Origin: an uncultured Methylomirabilota bacterium
GTDB lineage: Bacteria; Methylomirabilota; Methylomirabilia; Methylomirabilales; 2-02-FULL-66-22
NCBI GenBank assembly: GCA_963845565.1
Contig: CAWJSJ010000002.1
Span: 2,432,001 to 2,496,000, forward strand
Direction: 5' to 3'
DNA length: 64,000 bases
Shown here: positions 43,238 to 53,930 of the stretch, one piece after another
How positions within the stretch are numbered: the first letter of the stretch is position 1
How the letters are laid out: every line of letters begins with the position of its first letter
Program-made: the position numbers and the translations under genes
The notes under the pieces: model-generated
The model's database searches: none
What the model was told of the DNA's origin: nothing
Seen by the model: the letters and a program-made list of their open reading frames with translations, nothing else

Positions 43238-44413
43238 TCAATGCGCTTCCCGCGCGGCGCTGCGGGGCGGGTCCCGCATGAAGAACGCGAAAGGGAGTGT
43301 GGCGAGGGGAACGAGGCCGAGGAGATTGAAGGTGGGTTGGACGCCGATGCGATCGGCCACCATGCCGAAGAGCACCGCGGCAAGGCCGGTGGCGATGTAA
43401 TTCAAGCTGAAGTAGAGGCCACCGGCCAGGCTGCGCGCCTCCGGCAGCCACTCCTGCAGGGTGGCCAGCGCCACCGGGGTTGTGCTGAACACAACCAGTC
43501 CGGTCAAGGCGAGCAGGGGAAAGATCAGCAGGTGCGGCCCGAAGACCATGGCGCAGAAGCATGGGATGGCGACGGTCTGGGCGAGGAGAAGCGTCCGCCG
43601 TCGGCCCAGCCGGTCGGAGATGGTGCCGCCCGCCATCGCCCCGGCGGCCCCTGCCAACTCGAGGACGCCGTACCCCACCGCCGCCTGCGCCAAGCTGAAC
43701 CCCCGCGTGGTCAGGTAGGTTGGCGTGAAGACCCCCAGGCTGCCGACGAGGAGGGCGCGGGTCCAGACGAATGCCAGTAAGAGCAGCAGGGGTCCGCGGC
43801 GATCGCGCAGGATCGCGCGGAGGTCGGCGTGCTCGATGGGCCGTGCGGCGCGCGGGATTGGCCCGACCATCCGGAACAGGAGGATCGAGAACAGCACGCC
43901 GGGAATGGCAGCCAGGTAGCTTCGCTCCAGGCCGACCCCTTGCACGATCAGGACGATCAGGATGGGTCCGAGGGCCCGCCCCAACTCGCCGCCGGTCATG
44001 AAGAAGGACATCCCGGCGCCGACCCGCTCCCCGCTCACGTGAGCGATCATGGCCGGAGCCGGGGCATGATACGAGGCGTGACTCAGGCCGACAAGGGAAA
44101 GGAGCAGGGCCACGAGACCGTAACTGGGAGCGACGCCGACGAGACTCATGAAGACCGCCGTCGCGCCGGGCGCCAGGATCACGAAGAGTCGGGCGCTGGT
44201 CCGATCGGCCAGATAGCCGATGAAGGGCTGAACCAGCGACGAGGATCGCAGGAAGGTGGCCAGGGAGCCGGCGAGCGTGTTGGACAGGGAGAGCTTCGCT
44301 TGGAGGAGCGGCAGGAGTGGCGCCAGGAAAGCCGGATACATATCATGGATCGCATGACCGACGGAGAGCAGGATCACCCGGGCGGTATGGAAGGCGTGAG
44401 GAGGGGAGCTCAA
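43238..44413 (-). CDS. MFS transporter (Fsr-like)
   Basis: About 12 TM; QPFIGYLADR, YHAPA, ISDRLGRR. Confidence 0.88.
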   Translation of the reverse strand: MSSPPHAFHTARVILLSVGHAIHDMYPAFLAPLLPLLQAKLSLSNTLAGSLATFLRSSSLVQPFIGYLADRTSARLFVILAPGATAVFMSLVGVAPSYGLVALLLSLVGLSHASYHAPAPAMIAHVSGERVGAGMSFFMTGGELGRALGPILIVLIVQGVGLERSYLAAIPGVLFSILLFRMVGPIPRAARPIEHADLRAILRDRRGPLLLLLAFVWTRALLVGSLGVFTPTYLTTRGFSLAQAAVGYGVLELAGAAGAMAGGTISDRLGRRRTLLLAQTVAIPCFCAMVFGPHLLIFPLLALTGLVVFSTTPVALATLQEWLPEARSLAGGLYFSLNYIATGLAAVLFGMVADRIGVQPTFNLLGLVPLATLPFAFFMRDPPRSAAREAH

Positions 44414-44584
44414 TCAATCCTCCGATCGAACGGGAAAAACGCGCGCGACACGCCCGGTGCCTCCGCAAAGCCATGGACGGGGCCTATGCCCTTTGATATC
44501 GTATCATGACGATGGACGTTTCTCGAACCGACTTTCTCTGGATGTTTCGCACCACAGCCAAGCGTAGAGGAGGGACACAGGATC

Positions 44585-45001
44585 ATGGCGGATCGACTGC
44601 AAGCGGGCATGACATTCGAGAAGACGATCACGGTGACGGACGACCTGTCGGCGAAGCACCTTGCCGGGCAGGGGGGGATTGCGGTGTTTTCCACCCCCGA
44701 ACTGGTGCGATTCGTCGAGATCTGCGCGCTAGAGGGGATGCGGCCGTTCCTGGCGGAGGGTCAGGAGACGGTCGGCACGCGCGTGGACATCCGGCACCTC
44801 GCGGCAACGCCGGTCGGGATGCGGGTCACGGCCAAGTGCACGTTGACGGAGGTGGACCGACGACGGCTGGGTTTCACCTTCGAGGTGCACGACGAGCTGG
44901 ACAAGATTGGCGAGGGTACCCACGAACGGTTCATCATCGATCGGGAGAAGCAGCAGCAGCGCCTGCAGGAAAAGCTGACGCGCTGGAAACCCGCAAAGTA
45001 A
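44585..45001 (+). CDS. Hotdog-fold thioesterase (fluoroacetyl-CoA thioesterase-like)
   Basis: VFSTP..V..VE, TVGT.V...HLAATPVG, GEGTHER. Confidence 0.88.
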   Translation: MADRLQAGMTFEKTITVTDDLSAKHLAGQGGIAVFSTPELVRFVEICALEGMRPFLAEGQETVGTRVDIRHLAATPVGMRVTAKCTLTEVDRRRLGFTFEVHDELDKIGEGTHERFIIDREKQQQRLQEKLTRWKPAK

Positions 45002-45069
45002 CAAACACTCACGCGTCGTCGCGTACGCGAGACGCCGCGCGAGATGTGCGGTTTTCAGCAAACGGCCGT

Positions 45070-45108
45070 CATGTGGCGCCCGGGGATTCCCATCCCGGGC
45101 GCCACATG
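45070..45108. terminator. 15-bp hairpin downstream of the thioesterase
   Basis: CATGTGGCGCCCGGG-N9-CCCGGGCGCCACATG. Confidence 0.6.
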
Positions 45109-45119
45109 TTTGGGGGGCA

Positions 45120-45279
45120 CTAGCTGACTGCTGAACAACCCGTTTTCACCCAGGCTGCTCAAAAAGGTTCAGATGCAAGGCGGCGAGCCGAAGGCCAAGC
45201 GAGGCGTACTGGAGGTACGCCGCAGTGAGTGCCAAGGCGAGGCAACGCCGCAGATGAGCCTTTTTCAGCAGCCTGTGAG
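45120..45279 (+). repeat. MITE-like repeat family B, copy 4
   Basis: Same core and right TIR TTTTTCAGCAGCCTG. Confidence 0.85.
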
Positions 45280-45513
45280 CGACTTGTGCGTTCCGTCGCA
45301 GAATGGTTTGTTCTTCGAGTGCTTGCACTGACAGAGGTAGGCGGTTTCGGTTTTCTCGGCCTTGAACACCACCGGAGTCAAATCGGTGACCTTGTGGGAC
45401 CCGTCGCAGAATGGTTGAGTCTTGGACAGACCACATGCGCACCACGCGTACGTCTTCCCTGCTTCGAGCGGAACGGCGGCCGGTTGCTTGGCAGCGATCT
45501 TCGGTTCACTCAT
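45265..45513 (-). CDS. CDGSH iron-sulfur domain protein (two CDGSH motifs)
   Basis: WCACG.S..QPFCDGSH and LCQCK.S...PFCDGTH; GGAGG RBS. Confidence 0.92.
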   Translation of the reverse strand: MSEPKIAAKQPAAVPLEAGKTYAWCACGLSKTQPFCDGSHKVTDLTPVVFKAEKTETAYLCQCKHSKNKPFCDGTHKSLTGC

Positions 45514-46003
45514 GGCGACCTCCTGACACGAGTGGCGATGCCGCATCGGCAGCGACTCCCGGCTGACGCGGCGTTCCGAACATGAAACGGTCGAGGATGA
45601 AGAACTTGAACACCCAGATGATGCCGAAGGCGATCAGGTTCACGAGGTTGAGGACGATCTGCGCGTCGGAGTACCTCCCAGCGACTCCGGCAGCGAACGT
45701 GGAGACCACAAGGCCAAGAAACGCGAGCCCCCAGAACGGAGCGATCTCCTTGACGAGGTGATTCTTGGAGGTCTTCTCCCACACCCAGTACCGCGCCAAC
45801 ACGTACGCCGGGCCGGCGCTGACGGCGATCGCAAAAATGTTCGACGCCACGAATGACCACCCGAACCCCGTGTGAGCCAACACCAAGAGGCTTTGGCCAA
45901 ACGCGACGTTGAACAGGGACACGATGACAAATCGCCGTACCTTTTTTCCGTACTCGCGCGCCACGCGCGCCACGAGCGGTCCTGCGGATTCCGGGATGGT
46001 CAT
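45506..46003 (-). CDS. GtrA family protein
   Basis: RFVIVS..NV, 4 TMs, RYWVW, KFFILDRFMF. Confidence 0.8.
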   Translation of the reverse strand: MTIPESAGPLVARVAREYGKKVRRFVIVSLFNVAFGQSLLVLAHTGFGWSFVASNIFAIAVSAGPAYVLARYWVWEKTSKNHLVKEIAPFWGLAFLGLVVSTFAAGVAGRYSDAQIVLNLVNLIAFGIIWVFKFFILDRFMFGTPRQPGVAADAASPLVSGGRHE

Positions 46004-46227
46004 CTAGACATCTCTCCATGTTTCCACTGGGGGATCCATTACTCCCACGCGCCGGGCCACGACGACTTGAACCTTCACGTCGGTGCCGTCTCGCGAAGGC
46101 GCCCGGCGTCCGGGCGGCACAGCCGTGCACGAGAAGTGGAGTATGCGCGGGGAGGTGCAAGCTGTCAAGAACCCTTGCCTCGGGGCGGACGCTGCGCCGG
46201 ATGTCTTGCCCGGGGCGCGCAGCGCGC

Positions 46228-47937
46228 TCAGTGCCCGGCGGCGGCAGCCGCCCGGAGCGCGTCGAGTCCCGCCTCCAGGCCATCTCTCGTGACGCGGATG
46301 GCCACGGGACGGGAGAAGAAGAGTGTGGAGAAGTCCTCGCGCTTGGGTACGACCGGGTGGCCCATCTTGGCCAGCGCGGCGAGCGCTTTCGCGCCCACCC
46401 GATCGTCCACCCAGAGGTCTCCACCCTCCGCGTGCACCCGCGGCGCCTCGATGGCCGACTGCGGGCTCAGCCGCAGGTCGGCCAGATTGGAGAGGACCTG
46501 TGGGATCGCCGAGATGATCTTGCGGCCTCCGGGGGCGCCCAGGGTGAGATACGGTTCGCCTCGCCGGAACGCCAGCACGGGGACCATGTTCACCAGCGCG
46601 CGCTTCCCGGGGGCGATCGAGTTGGGTTTCCCCGGCTCTGGGTCGAACCAGAGCATCCCGTTCGAGAGGAGGATTCCGGTGCCCGGCACGACGACGCGCG
46701 ATCCGAACAGGGACACGGCGGTATGGGTGAGCGACACCAGATTCCGGTGGCGGTCCACAGTTCCGATGTGCGTCGTGCAATCGCCGGCGGCATTGCCCGA
46801 CCGGGCCGGTCGGCTGGCTCGCGGCTCGTTGGTTTGGACGAGCCACGGGTTGGGCGCCGGCTTCGCGGATCGCGGGCCGCGTGGTCGGAGACAGGCGGCC
46901 ACGGCGCCGCCGTATTCGGCGGACGTCAACACGCTCCACGGCGCCTCCACGCACTCCGGGTCGCCCAGCCACGTCAGGCGATCCTGGAAACCGTATCGCA
47001 CCGCTTCTGCGCGGAGATGGAGGCCGCGTGCCGTGTCGCATCCGACCTGTTCGGACGGAAACGCCGAGAGGATGTTCAGGATCTGCAGGGCCGTGGGCCC
47101 TCCGGTCGCGCCGGGCGAGAAGTGTACCTCCAGGCCGCGATACCGGCCGACGAGAGGCGCCAGGGTCCGCACCTGATACCCGGCGAGATCCGCCGCCGTC
47201 ACGAATCCGCCGTGGGCCGCCATCTCGGCGCACATGGCCTGGCCGAGGGCGCCGGCGTAGAAGGCGCGCGGCCCCTCCTTGGCGAGAAGCGCGAGGCTGC
47301 GCGCAAGATCGGGTTGTTGGATGCGATCGCCATCCGCCAGGGTCGGCGGTCGATGGATATAGTGGCCGGAACGCAGGTGCGTGCGGGCCGTTTCGGGAAA
47401 GGCTGCGAGCTCCTCTGCGTGGACCGCCATGGTGAGGGCGTGGTACCAGTCGGGGACGAAACCGTCCCGCGCCAGCGCGATGGCGGGCGCCATCACGTCG
47501 GCCAGGTCCATCGTGCCGTACCGCTCCAGCGCCGAGGAAAGCCCCGCCACCGAACCCGGCACGGCCACCGAACGATGGCCGAAGATGTTGGTGTCGTCCA
47601 CGACCTTGCGCCAGGGGAAGAGATCGGAGGCCACCCCGTCGGTGAGCGGGTACACGGTCTCGTGACACGCCGCCGGCGCTTGGACGTTGAAGTCCAGGGC
47701 GACGGTCTCGCCTCGCTTTGCCAGATGGATGAGCATCGTGCCTCCGCCGGCGATGGAGGACATGAAGGGCTCGACCACGGTCATGGCAAAGGCGGTGGCG
47801 ACGGCGGCGTCAACCGCATTTCCCCCGCGCTGCAAGATGGACGCGCCCACCTCGGCGCCCAGCGCGTGCGCGGCGACCACCATGCCGCGGCGGGTGCGAG
47901 GGGTGGTTTTCGTGACGAGGGTGGCTGACCGGATCAT
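46228..47937 (-). CDS. ggt: Gamma-glutamyltransferase family protein
   Basis: GGNAVDAAVA, VAVPG, nucleophile TTH, PGKR, GAPGG. Confidence 0.92.
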   Translation of the reverse strand: MIRSATLVTKTTPRTRRGMVVAAHALGAEVGASILQRGGNAVDAAVATAFAMTVVEPFMSSIAGGGTMLIHLAKRGETVALDFNVQAPAACHETVYPLTDGVASDLFPWRKVVDDTNIFGHRSVAVPGSVAGLSSALERYGTMDLADVMAPAIALARDGFVPDWYHALTMAVHAEELAAFPETARTHLRSGHYIHRPPTLADGDRIQQPDLARSLALLAKEGPRAFYAGALGQAMCAEMAAHGGFVTAADLAGYQVRTLAPLVGRYRGLEVHFSPGATGGPTALQILNILSAFPSEQVGCDTARGLHLRAEAVRYGFQDRLTWLGDPECVEAPWSVLTSAEYGGAVAACLRPRGPRSAKPAPNPWLVQTNEPRASRPARSGNAAGDCTTHIGTVDRHRNLVSLTHTAVSLFGSRVVVPGTGILLSNGMLWFDPEPGKPNSIAPGKRALVNMVPVLAFRRGEPYLTLGAPGGRKIISAIPQVLSNLADLRLSPQSAIEAPRVHAEGGDLWVDDRVGAKALAALAKMGHPVVPKREDFSTLFFSRPVAIRVTRDGLEAGLDALRAAAAAGH

Positions 47938-48046
47938 GCGCTCCGTCTCCCGGTGGTGGAGGTTGTGGGAAGGATCATTCACCACGCAGGGGCGGATCGT
48001 GCCGGTCCGCCCCTGTTCTTTGACGACGCACGTCTCCTGGTGACGC

Positions 48047-48460
48047 CTACGCGGCTCCGAGGGCTTTGGCCGCCTTCTTGACGTCCTTGGGATTCACCCA
48101 CAGAATCATTCCGAACCGGTCGGCGCCGGCCATGATCGCCTGGGTTGCGGTGGCGTTGATCTTTTCCCCTGCCAGCGTTCCGAGAAGGTCTGCCACCACG
48201 CCAATGCGATCCTCTCCGTACACCAGGAAGCACTTCTTGGGGCCGACCGTCTTCCACCCCGCCTTTCGTGCGGCGGCCTTGAAGGCCGGGGCGTTCGCGG
48301 GGACGAAGTCCAGCTGCGCCCGGCGGCCCTTCGGGAAGCCCGAGAAGGCGAGCAGGAACACGCCCGCGTGGCGCAGCTGATCGAGAATCCGAGCGGCCTC
48401 TCCCGGCTTATCCGGTGTTTCGATGTAGTAGTAGTCCACCAATCGAGCGGTCTCGGTCAT
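48047..48460 (-). CDS. ACT domain-containing protein
   Basis: PDKPGEAARIL and EDRIGVVADLL..LA...IN tandem ACT motifs; AAGGAGG RBS. Confidence 0.75.
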   Translation of the reverse strand: MTETARLVDYYYIETPDKPGEAARILDQLRHAGVFLLAFSGFPKGRRAQLDFVPANAPAFKAAARKAGWKTVGPKKCFLVYGEDRIGVVADLLGTLAGEKINATATQAIMAGADRFGMILWVNPKDVKKAAKALGAA

Positions 48461-48754
48461 GGGGCCCTCCTTTCCTTCGGTGAGGCGTTCCGTCGCCGCG
48501 GTGGATACCGGCATGGTGGGGGGCGCGTCATTTGTGCGCTGGCCCCCCGGAGTCGAGAGCGGGATAGTGTCCGCGGGACACGGGACCTATATCAGGCCCT
48601 CCGGTGGGTGTCAATATGGACCGGATTTCGGGGGGATTCCGAGGGAAAGGAACACGGGGCGGCATCCGCGAATGCCGCCCCGTGGAAGGTGCAGACTGCT
48701 CTCGGGTTACTTTCCGAACGTCAGGACACCTGCGCCTGGTTGGAATCCGTGCCT

Positions 48755-49597
48755 TTACTCGAGCGTCAGCGAATAACCGACGTTGCAGAACGCCACGGCG
48801 TCGCCGAACTCGCGGGCGAGCTTGGCGCCGGCCTCGAGACCGGTGCAGTGCGAGAGGCCGAGGCGTCGAACCTGCCGTTCTCTGAGCGTGGCGATCGTCT
48901 GGTGAAGTTGCTCCGCGGGCGCAAATCCCAGGTGTGTGCCGCCGATGACGGTGTGGATCGGTTTTCCGGGAAGCCGGTCGCGCACGTGATCCAGCGTGTT
49001 GATGAGCCCGGAATGACAGCAGCCCAAAATGAGCGTCAGGCCGTCGGCGCCCTCCACGACCATGGAGAGATCGTCGCGAAACGGATCGCGCTCGACGGTA
49101 TCTCCGTGCGGGATAAAGAGACGATCATCGCCCGTCTCGTAACTGCTCCGGCGCGGGACCTCGCCGGTCAGGTGGACACCCGGAGCGATCTCGCGAAAGG
49201 CGGGTGCGAGGTCGAAGGTCGCCCCCATGCCTTCCAGGGCCTCCCGCTTGAAGGGCAACCCGGCATACTGCACCTTGCCGTTGGCCCGCTTCCCAAAGCG
49301 GTCCGCGAAGATGCCGGGGTGGCCGTACACCGGGATCGGCTTTCCGATGGCGCCCAGCGCGGCCACCAGGCCTCCGGTGTGGTCCTTGTGCCCGTGGCTG
49401 AGGACGATGGCGTCCGCCGTCCGCAGGTCCTTGCCCAGCCGTGCCGCGTTGTGGAGCAGGGCGGCCCCGGCGCCCGTATCGAAGAGAATGCGGCGATCCG
49501 GTCGTTCGAGGAACAGAGAGAACCCGTGTTCGCCGATCAGACCGTCCGATTTTCCGGGGACCGTGTTCTCGACCAGGATCGTGATCGTGGTGGACAT
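48755..49597 (-). CDS. MBL-fold metallo-hydrolase (MJ0448-like)
   Basis: GEHGFS, LFDTG, LSHGHKDHTGG, GCCHSG, GGTHL, SHCTG. Confidence 0.88.
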   Translation of the reverse strand: MSTTITILVENTVPGKSDGLIGEHGFSLFLERPDRRILFDTGAGAALLHNAARLGKDLRTADAIVLSHGHKDHTGGLVAALGAIGKPIPVYGHPGIFADRFGKRANGKVQYAGLPFKREALEGMGATFDLAPAFREIAPGVHLTGEVPRRSSYETGDDRLFIPHGDTVERDPFRDDLSMVVEGADGLTLILGCCHSGLINTLDHVRDRLPGKPIHTVIGGTHLGFAPAEQLHQTIATLRERQVRRLGLSHCTGLEAGAKLAREFGDAVAFCNVGYSLTLE

Positions 49598-49619
49598 GCC
49601 AGCCTCCCAGGCGGCGCGG

Positions 49620-49725
49620 TTAGGAGCCGTTACGAAATAACCTATACATCTCTTTCTATTTCGTTACGGCTCCTTATGCCGTTTCGGAATGTCTCCGCTC
49701 AACTAATTCTTTGACAACGGCTTAG
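49620..49725 (+). repeat. MITE-like repeat family A, copy 5
   Basis: Near-identical copy with TTAG on both flanks. Confidence 0.9.
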
Positions 49726-49730
49726 AGGTT

Positions 49731-50039
49731 TCAGGTGTCGCAGCACGCGGTCGGTGTGGCGACTTCGGCGGCCTGCTGCGCCCGGTAGAAATCAGCCAGG
49801 ATATTGCCGGGGTTGCACGGTTCGCAGCCGAGACAGGCGTGCGGACTCCGGATGTTCATGGCTTGCCGGACCTCGGGCAGGAGTCGCCCCTGGTCCGCAC
49901 TCGGAGGGAGGTCCTCCAGGGCCAGCCGAATCTCCATGAGCGCCCCCTGCAGACACTCGCACCCGGCACACTTTTCCTCGCGCAGGCGGGGCAAGATCGC
50001 GTTCCAGGTTGTCTCGATCAGGCGCAGGTTCGCCGCCAT
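49731..50039 (-). CDS. Small Cys-rich hypothetical protein
   Basis: KCAGCEC, HACLGCEPC and terminal CCDT; GGAGG RBS. Confidence 0.75.
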   Translation of the reverse strand: MAANLRLIETTWNAILPRLREEKCAGCECLQGALMEIRLALEDLPPSADQGRLLPEVRQAMNIRSPHACLGCEPCNPGNILADFYRAQQAAEVATPTACCDT

Positions 50040-50056
50040 TCGTCCTCCCCTTCCGA

Positions 50057-50254
50057 TCAGGAGCGCGCCTCGCGGACGCCGAGCTTGCGCAGGATGTCTT
50101 CCATCAGGCACCAGCGCGTCAACGCCGACTGGAACAGGTTCGCGCCGACGAACGCCGTGAAGAAGAGCCAGTACGGGCTGTGCAACTGGCTGAGCGCCAG
50201 GCTCGCCAGGACCAACGTGCCCGCAATCAATCGAATCCAGCGTTCGAGCGTCAT
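50057..50254 (-). CDS. DUF2892 (YgaP-like) small membrane protein
   Basis: ERWIRLIAG, FVGANLFQSALTRWC. Confidence 0.88.
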   Translation of the reverse strand: MTLERWIRLIAGTLVLASLALSQLHSPYWLFFTAFVGANLFQSALTRWCLMEDILRKLGVREARS

Positions 50255-50283
50255 GGGTGTGTCTCCAGCTTCCGCGTCTTGCG

Positions 50284-50436
50284 CTAGGGCTTCTTCTCTG
50301 GCGTGGGTTTCGCGTCCTCGGTGCTCGACGAGCACCCGGTGGCGACGCCTCAGGTGGGCAGCCCGGCCTTCCGCATGATGAACTGCAGCACCAGCCAGAT
50401 GCCGATGATCAGGACGATCGTTCCGATGGCTTCCAC
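50284..50436 (-). CDS. Candidate 50-aa single-TM selenoprotein (UGA at 50350-50352)
   Basis: AAAGGAGG RBS plus GTG; MEAIGTIVLIIGIWLVLQFIMRKAGLPT-UGA-GVATGCSSSTEDAKPTPEKKP-TAG. Confidence 0.7.
50320..50336 (-). promoter_or_regulatory. Candidate bacterial SECIS element
   Basis: Perfect stem GGUGCUC-GUC-GAGCACC; G-starting loop at +21 from the UGA. Confidence 0.6.
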
Positions 50437-50533
50437 GATACCCTCCTTTCGTCGAGAATGAAAAACTGACAGAGCTGCGATCGCAACCGGCCAACTGGGG
50501 AACTCGCGATGCCCGGTTGTTCCAATCTCGGTC

Positions 50534-53500
50534 CTATGTTGCCGCGCTGTGCGCGGCCTCGTGCCGCTTCTCCATGTAGTATAGCACCGGAACGGCCATC
50601 CGGCTCAGTAACGTCGAAGCGACCTCGCCGGCCATGAGCGAGATGGCCAGCCCCTGGAAGATCGGATCGAACAGGATCACGAAGGCGCCCACCACCACGG
50701 CCGCGGCGGTGAGCAGCATGGGCCGGAACCGGACCGCCCCGGCGTCCACGACCGCCTCTTCCAAGGGCATCCCCTGCGCGATGCGGAGTTCGATGAAGTC
50801 CACCAGGATGATGGAGTTCCGCACGATGATGCCCGCCCCGGCAATGAACCCGATCATGGACGTGGCCGTGAAAAAGGCCCCCATCAGGCCGTGGGCCGGC
50901 AGGATCCCGACCAGCGTCAAGGGGATCGGCGCCATGATGGTGAGCGGGGTGACGAAATTGCGAAACCAGCCGACCACCAGGACGTAGATCAGGACGAGGA
51001 CGGCGGCGAAGGCGATCCCCAGGTCGCGAAAGACCTCGATGGTGATGTGCCACTCGCCGTCCCACTTCATGCTCAGCGTGTCGGTGCGGAACGGCTGCTC
51101 GGACGAGTAGCGGGTCAGGCGGTACCCTTCGGGGAGCCGCATGGCGTCCAGGGCGCGGTTCATCTGGAAGATGGCGTACACCGGGCTCTCTTCCGCGCCC
51201 GCCACGTCACCGGTCACGTACACCACGCGCTTCATGTTCTTCCGGTAAATGTTGTGCCCTTCGGGGGTTTCCTCGAGCCGGACGATCTCGCGCAGGGGCA
51301 CCAGCCGACCGCCGTTGCCGATGACGTTGATCTCGGTGAGGGAGGTGGCACCGGACCGCTCCTCGCGGGGCAGGCGCAGGAGGATTGGGACATCCTCCTT
51401 CTCTTTCGCGAGGTGGACCAGGCCGATCTCCGTTCCCCCGACAGCCATCCGCAGGGTCTGGACCACCTGCTCGACGGTGACGCCATTTAGCGCCGCCTTC
51501 TCCCGATCCACCACGAAGCGGACGCGGGGCTGCGGATCCTCCATATACCAGTCCACGTCCACCACGCCGGGCGTCTTGGTAAAGACGGTCTTGATGTCTC
51601 GCGCGACCGCGATCTGACGGTTGTAGTCCGGCCCGTACACCTCGGCCACCAAGGTCTGCAGGACCGGCGGGCCCGGGGGGACCTCCGCCACCTTGGCGCG
51701 AGCGCCATACCGCTCGGCGATCGCTTGAATCCCGGGACGAACGCGCTTGGCGATGTCGTGGCTCTGGGTGCGGCGCTCGTCCTTGGGCAAGAGGTTCACC
51801 TGCAGGTCGGCCTGGTGTGGGGCCTGTCGCAGGAAGTAGTGGCGGACCAGACCGTTGAAATTGTACGGCGAGGCGGAGCCGACGTACATCTGGTAGTCCG
51901 TCACCTCGGGCACCGTCGCCACGTATTGTCCGATCTCTCGCGTGACGCGCGCTGTCTGTTCCAGGGTGGTGCCCTCGGGTAGGTCCACGATGACCTGGAA
52001 CTCGCTCTTGTTGTCGAAGGGGAGCATCTTGACGTGCACCAGCCCAAAATAGACCAGCGACGCGGCGGCCAGCAGCAGCCCGGCGACGCCCCCCAGAAAG
52101 GCCCAGCGTTTCCAGACGGAGCGGATCAGTGGCGTCATCATGGCGCGGTAGAGCCGGGTGGTCCAATCCTCGTGCCCCTCGGTGTGTGCCGCGGTCTTCT
52201 CCCCTTTCAGCATCCGGTAGGCCGCCCACGGGGAGATGATGAAGGCGATGAAGAGCGAGAAGAGCATCGCCACGGAGGCGCCGACCGGGATGGGGCGCAT
52301 GTAGGGGCCCATCAGGCCGCCGACGAATGCCATGGGCAGGATGGCGGCGATGACGCCCCAGGTGGCCAGGATGGTGGGGTTTCCAACCTCCGCCACCGCC
52401 TCGACCGCCACCCGGACGAGCGGCCGCCCGTGATTCTCCGGCAGGTGGAAATGGCGCGAGATGTTCTCAACCACCACGATGGCATCGTCCACCAGAATCC
52501 CGATGGAGAAGATCAGGGCGAAGAGCGTGACGCGGTTCAGTGTGTATCCGTACAGGTAATAGAGCAGGAGCGTGAGGGCCAGCGTGACCGGCACGGCCAA
52601 CAAGACCACGACGGCGGAACGCCAGCCCAGGAACACGGCAATCAGGATGGCTACCGAGACCGTCGCCAGGATGAGGTGCTTCAGCAGTTCGTTGGATTTC
52701 TCCTGGGCTGTCTCGCCGTAGTTTCGCGTGATCGACACCTGGACATCGTGGGGAATCAGGACGCCCTTCAGCGACTCGACTTTTTCGACGACCTTGTCGG
52801 CGATGACGATGGCATTCGTGCCCTTCCGCTTGGCCACCGAGATGGTGACGGCCGGGTAGTCCTGGCCGACCGGCCGGGAACCCAACCCCTGGGCTATGTG
52901 GCCCTGCGCGGCTGCGGTGTGGGCCGCCGCGCCTACGCCGAAGAAGACGTACGAGCGCGGCTCCTCCGGCCCATCCACGATGCGGGCCACATCCCGAAGG
53001 TACACCGGTCGCCCGTCCGCGGCCCCGACGACCACCCGGCCCACGTCCTCTGCTCGCTCCAGGAATCGGGCGGCGTCCACGAGGATCTCGCGGTTGTCGC
53101 TGCTCACGCTGCCGGCACGCAGCTCTCGGTTGGTCGCGGTGAGGGCCCCCGCCACGGCCGCCGGCGCCAGTCGGTAGGCCGCCAGGCGCGCCGGGTCGAG
53201 GAGGACTCGCACCTGTCGTCGCTCGCCGCCCAGCAGTCGGGTCTCGGAGACGTCGGGGATGTCCTTGATCTGATCGTCGAGCTGGGCCGCGACCCGCCGC
53301 AACGTGTACCCGTCCACGCGGTCGCTCCACAGGGTAATGGCGAGGATGGGCACGTCGTCGATGGAGCGAGGCTTGATGAGGGGCGTCGAGGCCCCCGGCG
53401 GGATGAGGTCGAAATTGGCGTACATCTTGTTGTAGAGCTTGACGATGCTCTTCTCTTCATCCTCGCCTACCTTGAAACGGACGACGGCGAAGCTCTGGCC

Positions 53501-53830
53501 CGGGCTGCTGGTGGAGTAGACGTACTCCACGCCTGGGATCTCCATCAGCTTCTTCTCCATCGGGATGGTGACGCGCTGTTCGACCTCTTGGGCGCTCGCC
53601 CCCGGCATCTGGACGAACACGTCCATCATCGGAACGATGATCTGCGGCTCTTCCTCGCGCGGCGTGGCCACGATCGCGAAGAGGCCCAGCAAGAGCGACG
53701 CCACCACCAGGAGCGGGGTCAGGCGCGAGTCGATGAACGTCCGCGCCATGTGGCCGGCCAGGCCCAGCGGTCCGGTGTACGGTTCAGATTCTGGCGGTGT
53801 TAGTGTGTCCGGTTGTTGGTGAGTCATCAC
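50534..53830 (-). CDS. RND efflux permease (AcrB/CusA family)
   Basis: [30 protein letters not shown]; 1098 aa. Confidence 0.95.
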   Translation of the reverse strand: MMTHQQPDTLTPPESEPYTGPLGLAGHMARTFIDSRLTPLLVVASLLLGLFAIVATPREEEPQIIVPMMDVFVQMPGASAQEVEQRVTIPMEKKLMEIPGVEYVYSTSSPGQSFAVVRFKVGEDEEKSIVKLYNKMYANFDLIPPGASTPLIKPRSIDDVPILAITLWSDRVDGYTLRRVAAQLDDQIKDIPDVSETRLLGGERRQVRVLLDPARLAAYRLAPAAVAGALTATNRELRAGSVSSDNREILVDAARFLERAEDVGRVVVGAADGRPVYLRDVARIVDGPEEPRSYVFFGVGAAAHTAAAQGHIAQGLGSRPVGQDYPAVTISVAKRKGTNAIVIADKVVEKVESLKGVLIPHDVQVSITRNYGETAQEKSNELLKHLILATVSVAILIAVFLGWRSAVVVLLAVPVTLALTLLLYYLYGYTLNRVTLFALIFSIGILVDDAIVVVENISRHFHLPENHGRPLVRVAVEAVAEVGNPTILATWGVIAAILPMAFVGGLMGPYMRPIPVGASVAMLFSLFIAFIISPWAAYRMLKGEKTAAHTEGHEDWTTRLYRAMMTPLIRSVWKRWAFLGGVAGLLLAAASLVYFGLVHVKMLPFDNKSEFQVIVDLPEGTTLEQTARVTREIGQYVATVPEVTDYQMYVGSASPYNFNGLVRHYFLRQAPHQADLQVNLLPKDERRTQSHDIAKRVRPGIQAIAERYGARAKVAEVPPGPPVLQTLVAEVYGPDYNRQIAVARDIKTVFTKTPGVVDVDWYMEDPQPRVRFVVDREKAALNGVTVEQVVQTLRMAVGGTEIGLVHLAKEKEDVPILLRLPREERSGATSLTEINVIGNGGRLVPLREIVRLEETPEGHNIYRKNMKRVVYVTGDVAGAEESPVYAIFQMNRALDAMRLPEGYRLTRYSSEQPFRTDTLSMKWDGEWHITIEVFRDLGIAFAAVLVLIYVLVVGWFRNFVTPLTIMAPIPLTLVGILPAHGLMGAFFTATSMIGFIAGAGIIVRNSIILVDFIELRIAQGMPLEEAVVDAGAVRFRPMLLTAAAVVVGAFVILFDPIFQGLAISLMAGEVASTLLSRMAVPVLYYMEKRHEAAHSAAT

Positions 53831-53854
53831 GTCTCGCTGTCAGGTATGGCGGCT

Positions 53855-53922
53855 TGGTTCGGCAGTTCGACGGTTCGGTCGTTCGGCTGTACCGTCGAAC
53901 CGCCGAACTATCGAACCGCCGG
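53855..53922. repeat. Short 8-nt tandem repeats in inverted arrangement
   Basis: gttcggca-gttcgacg-gttcggtc-gttcggct followed by cgtcgaac-cgccgaac-tatcgaac. Confidence 0.65.
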
Positions 53923-53930
53923 ACGTTTCA

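Noticed and set aside
49722..49733. UGA after CCDT in the Cys-rich protein as a fourth Sec codon (CxxU)
   Set aside because: Only two codons follow before TAA, the downstream sequence is repeat A, and I see no SECIS-like hairpin at the right distance.
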